A stretch of DNA of 64,000 bases from Octopus vulgaris. Lineage: Eukaryota. The translations under genes were made by a program, and so were the position numbers. The first letter of the stretch is position 1; each line of letters starts with the position of its first letter. The notes beneath the pieces were generated by a model. The model had not been told where the DNA came from, searched no databases, and saw only the letters and a list, made by a program, of their open reading frames with translations. The stretch spans positions 78,058,001 to 78,122,000 of the forward strand of contig OX597824.1 of NCBI GenBank assembly GCA_951406725.2, written 5' to 3'. Positions 54,283 to 64,000 of this stretch are shown in pieces.

Positions 54283-54620
54283 GTGAAGGCGCATGGCTCA
54301 GTGTTTAGAGCGTCGAGCTTACAATCGTGAAGTTGTGAGTTCGATTCCCGGACCGGACTGCGTGTTGTGTTCTTGAGCAAGACACTTTATTTCACGTTGC
54401 TCCAGTTAACTCAGCTGTAGAAATGAGTTGCGACATCACTGGTGCCAAGCTGTATCGGTTTTTGCCTTTCCTTTGGATAACATCGGTGGTGTGGAGAGGG
54501 GAAACTGGTATGCATGAGTGACTGCTTTTCTTCCATAAACAATCTTGCCCAGACTTGTGCCTCGGAGGGTAACTTTCTAGGTGCAATCCCATGGTCATTC
54601 AAGACCGAAGGGGGTCTCCC
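54283..54620 (+). mobile_element. CORE-like SINE family F
   Basis: A box tggctcagtg, B box gagttcgattccc, CORE-like ttgagcaagacactt...ctgtagaaatgag; inserted in (ATT)n. Confidence 0.85.
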
Positions 54621-54666
<46 letters not shown>

Positions 54667-54696
54667 GTTGTTGTTGTTGTTGTTATTATTGCCTAT

Positions 54697-54895
54697 GAAG
54701 CGGCAAGCTGGCAGAACCGTTAGCACGCTGGATTAAATGCTTAACAGTATTTCTCTTGTCGCTACGTTCCGAGTTCGAATTCCGCCGAGGTCGACTTTGC
54801 CTTTCATTCTTTCGGGGTCGATAAAATAAGTACCAGTTGAACATTGTGGTCACCCTCACCTCCAATAAGCTGCCCTCGTGCCAAAAATTTGAAAT
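54697..54895 (+). mobile_element. SINE family C variant
   Basis: gcggcaagctggcagaaccgttagc...gtcgactttgcctttc. Confidence 0.8.
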
Positions 54896-55480
54896 CATTA
54901 TTATTAGCTATCGATCGGTCGTCGTTTAATCCATGAAAATCTCCCATTCGTTTCTGTATGTTATTCGCTTTAGTTTTGTTGTTTCTCTTTATTGCTGCCT
55001 ATTAATGTATTTTTATTGTTATTCATTTCACCCTTTAACGCTATAGAAATTCTCCACCGTTTCTATTGAGTCAATATTGTGTGTTATTACTATTTACAGT
55101 TGTCTATTTATTTGTGATATTGGTAACATCTAAAAGAAGACGCGGCTTCTTCGTTCACCTCTGGTGGATGTAGCTTTGACCAAGAGAAATTGAATTCATC
55201 AGACAGTATCCAACGATCAAGCAAATTATATTTGTTAGTATTTATATATTTCTTTACTACCCACAAAGGGCTAAACACAGAGGGGACACACAAGGACAGA
55301 TAAAGGGATTCGGTCGATTCAGAAAATATTGAAAGTGAAACAGACAGGGGAGAAAGAAGTATTTTAGATAATCGTCGAAATGTACTTGGTGGGTGATTAT
55401 TTGTAATTTAGTTCAATAGCCTCTCTTTAAATGTGGCCTAAGCAGCTTTTATGTTTGGCAAAGGACAATCTCGTGAATTT

Positions 55481-55730
55481 AGAGGCACATGGCCTAGTGG
55501 TTAGAGCAGCGGACTCGCGGTGGAGGGATCGCGGGTTCGAATCCCAGACCGGGCGATGTGTGTGTTTATGAGCGAAAACACCGACGCTCCACGCGGCTCC
55601 GACAGAAGGTAATGTCGAACTTCTGCTGACTCTTTCGCCACAACGTTCTCTCACTCTTTCCTCCTGCATCTTGCAGCTCACCTGCGAATGACCGGCGTCC
55701 TGTCCAGGTGGGGAACCTATGCGCCAAGGG
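55481..55730 (+). mobile_element. SINE family E
   Basis: Matches 24983-25230. Confidence 0.85.
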
Positions 55731-56040
55731 TATTAAAGGAAACTGCGTCCCTCTGCCAAGCCATGACGAGCCAATATGGAAGAGTAAGCTCATCAAACGA
55801 CTATCATCTCAAGATTAAATTCACGGCCTCCACATCAGACTGTGTTTGCTGGAGAGAGTATGCTGATGCCATTGTCTTGCAGTGGCCCTTGTCCTGCAGT
55901 GGACGTGGACAATTCAATCCATTCCAATCCGAAACAAGTGTCAAAACATTTATAATTCAATTTGGGAAATGGTAGATATTATTTTTAAGCAGGAGTTGGC
56001 TTTGAAACGTTACATAATATTTGTATCACAGGTGGACATA

Positions 56041-56271
56041 CAGAGTTTGCCAAAAGTCACCTGACAGTAATTCAAAACCATTTAATTCCAAGATATAATT
56101 ATGTTTAACAACTGAATGAATTTAAAAGCATCTAAATATGAAACATCATGAAAAATTGTTCAAACTGAAGTCATTCTTGAGCGACACATTTATCCAAATG
56201 AATATATAAAACTGAATATCAAGTATTATGGAATTTTGATTTACTGTCGGATGACTTTTGGCCAAACCTTT
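56041..56271. mobile_element. Tc1/mariner-like MITE
   Basis: Imperfect TIRs cagagtttgccaaaagtcacctgacagtaa / ttactgtcggatgacttttggccaaacc; TA flanks. Confidence 0.7.
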
Positions 56272-56734
56272 ATATAATAACAGTGGGAGTTACGAAGGCA
56301 AAGGTTTACCTACCAGCAGATTGTACTCATATTGACAACTTACTGTACAGAAGAAAATAGGATTTAAGCTTCCCATTATATATTAGCTGTAAAGCACTAC
56401 TTCCTGTTTTAATAGAATGGAGGATATTTAGAAATAAACGGTTGTCTTATGCAGTTTGAGACGGTCAAAACGAGAGATGAGTCGTACGTTTTAACACCCG
56501 TGGCAGCTCTGAGGCTTTCTTTTATTTATTCGTGCATTGTTCGTGGTTAAATAAATGATATACGAGGTTATTTCTTTAATACGTGTTGCGATATAGCGTC
56601 TGCGTGCTCTTGAAGTAGACGTGGTTATCATGACCTCTTATTGGAGGACAATCTCAAAGCGTCTCTTCATGGATTCAGTATATGAGACCTTAATGCTGTG
56701 AGAGAAGACAATATCAATGTAATGACGATGACGC

Positions 56735-56806
<72 letters not shown>

Positions 56807-57306
56807 TAATAATAACATATTTCATAATCGATATTTCATATCAAGTCGACAGGAAAATATCAAACATAGAAGCAGAATTGAAGAGGATGTTGGGCGACAA
56901 CACAGGAAATGATAAATAAAGAAAACGGACAACAAATTTAACCCCAGGACAGACCTCGACTGAACATCTGCAACAAATGATTTGTTGTTTGCATAATTTT
57001 TTTTTTTTGCATTTATGTGTTTTCTTTTCTTTTTCTTTTCGTTTGTTTTCGTTTTCCTGGGAGTCACTGACAACCTTCGGAAATATTCGCTTTGTCTTTT
57101 TACAGGGGAGAAAAATAACTAGATTGAAGCAAACTACAGTTATTCCCAATGACATCGTATTTCGTTGGCTCAGTGGAAACGCGTGCACGCGCGCAAAGAT
57201 AAATTGGGGCATGCGCAGACATGCTGTACACAGAGACACGCGGATACACATAAACACAAACAGGACAGAACATATTTAAATTGCACAGAGATATATTCAT
57301 ACATCC

Positions 57307-57516
57307 TTACTCTTTTACTTGTTTCAGTCATTTGACTGCGGCCATGCTGGAGCACCGCCTTTAGTCGGGCAAATTGACCCCAGGACGTATTCTTAGTAAG
57401 CCTAGTCTCTTTTTCCGAACTGCTAAGTTACGAGGACGTAAACACACCAGCATCGGTTGTCAAGCGATGTTGGGGGGAACAAACACAGACATGCAAACAC
57501 ACACGCACGCATATAT

Positions 57517-57550
<34 letters not shown>

Positions 57551-57728
57551 ATATATACGACGGGTTTCTTTCAGTTTCTGTCTGCCAAATCCACTCACAA
57601 GGCTTTGGTCAGGGTCAACTATAGGCTATAGTAGTAGAAGACACTTGCCTAAGGTGCCACGCAGTGGGACTGAACCCGGATCCATGTGGTTGGTAAGCAA
57701 GCTACTTCTCACACAGCCACTCCTGTAC
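57307..57728 (-). mobile_element. SINE family A
   Basis: Full-length reverse copy. Confidence 0.9.
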
Positions 57729-58104
57729 CTATGAGAAACACACATACATGTATACACATGCGGACATGTACACAGACATATCTAGGTGTGTATTCGTATA
57801 CATACGTGTCTTCATGTTCATGAACGTCCGTACACGTATATAACAAGATATATACATATACTCACGCATGTTGATACACAAAACCCACGAAAGCAGGCGT
57901 ACAACGATAAATACACATACACATATACAGATATGCATTTCAATTTAGATGCATAACCATAAACGCACAAATAATTACTTAAGTTACACGCAACAGGAAC
58001 ACAGGCAATACACAATATTGATTAAAACAATCCAATGTTATTATATAAAGGTGAAATACGTAAAACGCCAATATAAACTGATGTATAAATAAATTTTAAA
58101 AATA

Positions 58105-58177
58105 TTTAAGATGACGATGATAACGATAACAGCACCAACAATAAAAACAACAATAACAACAGCAGTAATAGCAACCA

Positions 58178-58232
<55 letters not shown>

Positions 58233-58298
58233 GATGATGATGATGATAATAATAATAATAATAATAAATTTAATGATGATGATGATAATAATAATAAC

Positions 58299-58348
<50 letters not shown>

Positions 58349-58435
58349 TGATGATGATGATGATAATAATGATAATAACAATAATAATAATGATAATAAT
58401 AATAATAACAATTTAATAATAATAATAATAATAGC

Positions 58436-58470
<35 letters not shown>
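58105..58470. repeat. (AAT)n/(GAT)n microsatellite field
   Basis: Direct reading. Confidence 0.95.
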
Positions 58471-58472
<2 letters not shown>

Positions 58473-58911
58473 CAATTTCTTTCGACATCTAATTGAATTT
58501 AGAATTTTCTCTCCAGGTATATTTTAACTTGAATTTATTCCATTACGTGACGATGATGATGATGACGACGTGTGTCTCTTTTTCTAAAGTTCCTTTTTTT
58601 TTGTCTAATTCATTTAGAAAAAAAAATTACAATTTGATTATTTCAGCTATAAGAATTTTGGGGTGTTTGTAAAATTAGAAGAAGAATGAATGACTGAATG
58701 AATAAATCAATCATTCATTGAATGAATGAATGGAGAAAAGAATGAAATTGAAAAATTTAAGGAAAGGTAATAAATAAAACGTCAGGTAGAAACGAATTGA
58801 AATATTTTTTAAATATTGAATAAACTAATACATTCACACGCAGGCATATACGCGCACACATACATATACATGCATACAAACATATATCGATATGTGTGTG
58901 TGTGTGTATAT

Positions 58912-59082
58912 ATCACGTGATCACGTGACCGACCAGACCATCAGATGTTGCTACACATCGCTGGTCACAATTGTTTTAGCCTTCAAATGACGCCACCCCG
59001 CTGGCTAAGCGAGCAGGCCAACAGAAGAAAGAGTGAGAGAAAGTTGTGGCGAAAGAGTACAGCAGGGATCGCCACCATCCCC
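58912..59082 (-). mobile_element. 5'-truncated SINE sharing the family-B central module, with another 3' tail
   Basis: Reverse complement gggatggtggcgatccctgctgtactctttcgccacaactttctctcactctttcttc, then a distinct tail ending cacgtgatcacgtgat. Confidence 0.75.
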
Positions 59083-59398
59083 TACAGATATTACTCCACA
59101 GATAACAATATTTGTAATTCACATAGGCAAAAGAAGAAAAATAACGAAATCAAACAGTCTTCGATTAATTGTGGACGCGTTTCTGGGTTAGAATTATACA
59201 AATTCATTCCCGTCATCAGCACAATAATTCGATAATTTATAAATTTGAGAATGCTAGGAACCTATCCTTTGCATCCCGATCCAGCGCCATCGGGAAATAA
59301 CAGAAGATAGTCAGCACATCCAAATCCATATAGACGAGTGAATTCGCATTTTCCCTCCAAGATTATCATGTGCGTCATGCGTCATGCGTCATGCGTCA

Positions 59399-59430
<32 letters not shown>

Positions 59431-59600
59431 GATACGGATAAGGAAATAATTTTATTCTCAAACGTAGGATAATGATAAAAATATAGCATGAACAGGATTA
59501 ACTATCCATATTTTGCAGAATATGGATAATTTATCCTGTTAGCGCTATATTATTATCATTATCCTGCGTTTGAGAATAAAATTATTTCCTTATCTGTATC
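59431..59600. repeat. 170-bp near-perfect palindrome (foldback/MITE)
   Basis: gatacggataaggaaataattttattctcaaacg...cgtttgagaataaaattatttccttatctgtatc with almost no loop. Confidence 0.85.
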
Positions 59601-59642
59601 TTTCAATACATCTCAACGCTTCTATATATATATATATATATA

Positions 59643-59695
<53 letters not shown>

Positions 59696-59789
59696 ACAGG
59701 GTGGCCCAAAAAGATATTTATAGTGCCTACGTAATAACTGTAAACCTACTTTTGGACCTCCCTGGGTATATATGTGTGTGTGTGTGTAA

Positions 59790-59839
<50 letters not shown>

Positions 59840-60179
59840 TTAGAGATAAAACCACTATTAGGCAAATCAAACAGTGAAAAACATAAACCAAAACATAGAA
59901 ATAAAATTAATTAATATAATATACAAAATATATAAAATATAAAATTCGAAATTAAATTATTTAAATTTTTTTTTAATTTTAAATTATTAATTTATACTTA
60001 TAAATTCATAAATTTATATATATATATATATATATTTTAAAATTTAATTATATATTTATTTAATTTTTTATATGCGTGTGTGTATATATATGAAGAATGA
60101 AAAGCGGTATAAAATGTGACATAACTACTGTTCCTGCTACGTCTATTACCACTACTACGATTTCGCTCACTACTGCAAA

Positions 60180-60213
<34 letters not shown>

Positions 60214-60249
60214 GCTACTGCCACAACTACTACCACTACTACGTTATCT

Positions 60250-61900
60250 GTTTGTTCAAAACCGTAGTATTCCTAGAATATCAATGAAGATTATCGTTCA
60301 TGTGCACCAGTGCGAATCTCTTCAATCGGATGTTACTCACAATTCTAAGAAGAACGAGAGTGCAGGAATTGTTCCGTAGTTTTCCAGTCTGGCTTCAGGC
60401 CAAATAGAAATATTACTAGATGCACACAATCTCTAGAAATATGCATCGACGCCTGCCACTTGAAAAGAACGATAGCTTATAGACTTTTCAATGGCATTTG
60501 ATATAATAAGCTGGGAAGCAGCAACAATGGAATAACAATTAATTTAAGATATTGTTAGTTTTCCCGTTGTGCCAAATTCATTCAGTAATACTATTATGCT
60601 GTTGTACATTAATGTCAATACATGGAGTCGTACCCTGTTTTGTAACTGTACTAAATTTGGGAATTTGCGGCATCTTAAAGCGCAGTTCAGGGAGACATGC
60701 AAGAATATTACCTCCTCATAACTGCAACTAATTATCTACCGTATGTCTCTAAATTAAGATGGATGCATTGCCAGGAGAAGGTTATTCAGCTGAATTTTGC
60801 TATCTAAAATTTCGTGTAATTAGATTTTATTTGCCGGTGTTTCAATTTTAATAGATAGCCTTCAATGAGAATTGACAATTTGTGGAATTATTTCCGAAAC
60901 TTTGAGTCTAAAAATGCTATAAAGCTGTCTTTTGCCACTATTGTATCTGTCTTTTGACGACAGTTGTCGTTCTGACCATATATTGTTATATTCCTAAATC
61001 GTCGATAAAATCTTTCTATCTGGCACTGTATGACTCACAGTCGTACAGTTTTATTATCCCCAAAAGATTGGATCGTTATAACGTCCACTCAGGAGCAGAG
61101 CATAATTGCTATAGCAGTACAGACACGGCTATCAACAGTCTACATGTACTCCGTACTCTCCGTACTGTCTCGATACTGGCCGACGCTGCCTTACTTATAG
61201 TGACCATGTCATTCCAGTCGTCACGTGGGAGGGCTGTACTATTATTACTAATTCCCTACAAGAAAAAGTCAATAATCTAAAAACCAAAATCAAGTTTGTT
61301 CAAATTCACAATCATATATCTACCACCTCAGGAGCTCAACTTCTTATTGCCACCCGTTTCTGTTATCTCAGATGTAACAACGTTATGAGAGAGAGAGTGT
61401 GTGTGTTGTGTGGACGCCCCCAGACGACGAAGTAGGCTAGCCCAATACGTAGATATAGAGGGAGAAGTCTAGACGTCGTGAAAGAGTAGCAGTCGGTGGT
61501 AGACTAGAACAGAGAAGAATAGCGGTCGAGAGTCGAGTTGAGTAGTAGAGGCATCCGAACGTGCGACATAACAGAGAGAGAGAGAGAGCTCCATGACCAT
61601 CATCTCTTCCTTCCTACCTCTATTCTCTCTTCCTTCCTACCTCGCCGACCGCGCGATTCGGCCTAGGCCGGGTGGCCTTCCGATGACCACCGTAACGCGC
61701 GGCCGTTGTTCCTCGCCTCTTAGCGCGCAGTTTCTTCGCGAAACTTGCCGAGCCACACACAAGTCGCGGCCAGGCCCCCTCACCCGAGTACCACCGAATG
61801 CTCTTGTTTAGACCCTCTAACAGCGCAGCAGTAGCGGCAGCCCGCCGACTCGCCGCACTTTCTGCTGCCGAAATGAGTTGTTTCTAAAACGCCAATTAAC
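60250..61900 (-). mobile_element. Possible highly decayed Gypsy LTR retrotransposon (LTR plus gag/protease trace)
   Basis: GC-rich block 61384-61880; weak minus-strand traces of YY..FG and (D/R)TGA motifs; no intact ORF. Confidence 0.3.
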
Positions 61901-62724
61901 ATGCGTAATATTTTTCGACAGTAAAATTTCCCTTTATCAAAGCTTGCATTGAAAAACTACTCTTCTTTGGTAGAGAAATCTGAAAAACAACAGGAACACT
62001 AAAAAACGAGAGGTTAACACTTGAACAGTTTTCTTTTGTTGTCTGTATGTCAAGCTCAATTTTTTTTTTCTCACAGCAAAATAAATAATAACGGACGGCT
62101 GATTGTGAGAGCGCAGACATTTTCAGCTGCTAACATTTTGCATCGGAAAGGTTAAATTTTCATTTAACAAGTTATGAGAAAACCAAGAATACAATATATC
62201 ACATGGAGTTACCGCAAAATAATAAGCGACAGAGCCTTAATCTGTTATAAGTGCCATGTGGAAGACATAAATAATTTCCCAAAGTAAATAACGATGTAGC
62301 TAGATGCAATATTAGATTTAACGAAACTACTAACGTTGGTATGCATAGTGACCAATGAAGAAAGTAAATTGACTCGTGTTGAGCGTACAGCATCTCTTAT
62401 GGGAGAAGATTATGTTGAAGATGGTGAAGTAAAGGTCCTTTATCTCTTACTTGTTTAATGATTGGACTATGACAGTGATGAAGCAATCGTTGAAGTGTGT
62501 AGTTGAACAGATCGACCTCCAGTATTTATTTTTAAGTCAGATATTTACTCTATCGGCTCGGCCACTTCTGCCGAATCGCTAGCTTGAGGGGTTGTAAACA
62601 AACCGATTTGTGAAGCAGTGATGGGGAACAAACAGAAATACACACACAAATGTATATATACATATGTATGTATATATATCTGTGTGTATATGCATACACA
62701 CACACACATACATACATACATATA

Positions 62725-62842
<118 letters not shown>

Positions 62843-62908
62843 TTGATGGAAATGCTTAGACAACAAAAGAATGAAAGAGACCTCGATATTATGTAAATAG
62901 AGGAATTT

Positions 62909-63099
62909 ATCTGTAAATGTAATATGTGACAATTATTCGGTAGCCATGATAAAACTCCGAATTCCGGATGTCGGGGAAAAAATGCATTTTTTCCGATGAC
63001 CGGATAACTGAAGAGATGGCGGCGTGGATTTCCACTCCGACATCCGAAACTCGGGGTTTTTATCATGGCTACTGAATAATTGTCACATATTACATTTAC

Positions 63100-63103
<4 letters not shown>
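62909..63103. mobile_element. Palindromic element with hammerhead-like core
   Basis: About 67-bp inverted arms; gataa-CTGAAGA-hairpin-GAAAC...ttatc at 63003-63064; lies between (TA)n tracts. Confidence 0.7.
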
Positions 63104-63179
<76 letters not shown>

Positions 63180-63587
63180 CCGATGCGTGTCTCTGTTTCT
63201 CTTTCAAATCCGATTACAAGGATTTGGTCGACCCGGGATTTTAAGACGAAATCCCTACCCAAGATATATATATATGCAGTGAGGCTGAACTTGAAACATA
63301 TGGGTGAAAAACATGTCTCTTACCACACGCCCATTACCATATATTATTATTATTATTATTATTCTATGTTTGACTTTTGCTTTATATTTGTACAAGTTGG
63401 CTCTAAGTCTCACCCAGAGACCTCAAGAGACAACAGGGTTGGAAGTTCATGTTGTTGTTATGCCTAGTGTGCCATATATTTGGGGGGTGGGGATGTTGTA
63501 CTAATGAATGTCTAAAAAAAAAAAAAAAAAAAAAGGGGGGGGTCCTTTCTTTTAAACCGAAAATTATGTTTGTTTTAAACCTTGAGA

Positions 63588-64000
63588 TTACATAGAGAGT
63601 ATTTTGCGTAGGATATGAGCAGTTCCCATGAGCACTATCTTTTGAACTTCTGCCATTTTTGGGTTTCCTGGTATCTGAGTTAGGTAGCTATCAGCCCCTT
63701 TTGCTATCATTCCCAGGGCACCTATGACAACAGGTATTGTTTTAGTCTTCAGCTTCCACATTTTGCTGATTTCTATTTCAAGATCTTTATATTTGCTCAG
63801 TTTTTGGTAGGTCTTGACAGATACGTTTATATCGATTGGGACAGTCATATCAATGAGGAGGCATGTTCTTTGTTTGAAGTCTTTCAATATGATGTCTGGC
63901 CTATTTGCATCTATCTTCCTGTCAGTTTGAATGGTGAAGTTCCAGAGGAGTGAGATGTGGTCATTTTCAAGCACTGGGGGTGGTTTGTGTTCCCACCAGT
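63588..64000 (-). CDS. C-terminal restriction-like endonuclease domain of an R4/Dong-like non-LTR retrotransposon (runs off the window)
   Basis: Uninterrupted frame WWEHKP...LLWNFTIQTDRKIDANRPDII...LIDMTVP...KLSKYKDL...MW...IPVVIGALG...ILRKILSM*; 3' UTR ends at a (TAT)n tract near 63343-63363. Confidence 0.88.
   Translation of the reverse strand, partial: WWEHKPPPVLENDHISLLWNFTIQTDRKIDANRPDIILKDFKQRTCLLIDMTVPIDINVSVKTYQKLSKYKDLEIEISKMWKLKTKTIPVVIGALGMIAKGADSYLTQIPGNPKMAEVQKIVLMGTAHILRKILSM

Noticed and set aside
56690-56920. Poly-Asn reading frame resembling a low-complexity exon
   Set aside because: In-frame stop just upstream, no start or clear acceptor; driven by an (AAT)n tract

Overview
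AT-rich, repeat-saturated eukaryotic DNA. The SINE families and very dense (TA)n, (TACA)n, (AGAT)n and (TAA)n microsatellites suggest an octopus or other coleoid cephalopod (inference). No host gene exon can be supported, and nearly all listed ORFs are microsatellite or SINE read-through. The window holds many tRNA-derived SINE copies from several modular families, decayed RTE and R4/Dong-like (RLE) LINE remnants, a Tc1/mariner and a Chapaev3-like transposase remnant, several MITE/foldback elements, and a 2.8-kb ORF1-only retroelement inserted into a SINE head. The standout is a nearly identical 493-bp tandem array at 45641-47774 (about 1.2 inverted plus 3.1 direct units). Each unit carries a complete type I hammerhead ribozyme with an unusually large stem II, which points to a retrozyme or Penelope-pLTR-like system that could make 493-nt (circular) RNAs. 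Further hammerhead motifs of unrelated sequence lie near 7.1, 22.7, 23.5 and 63.0 kb. All calls were made by eye; coordinates of degenerate ends are approximate.
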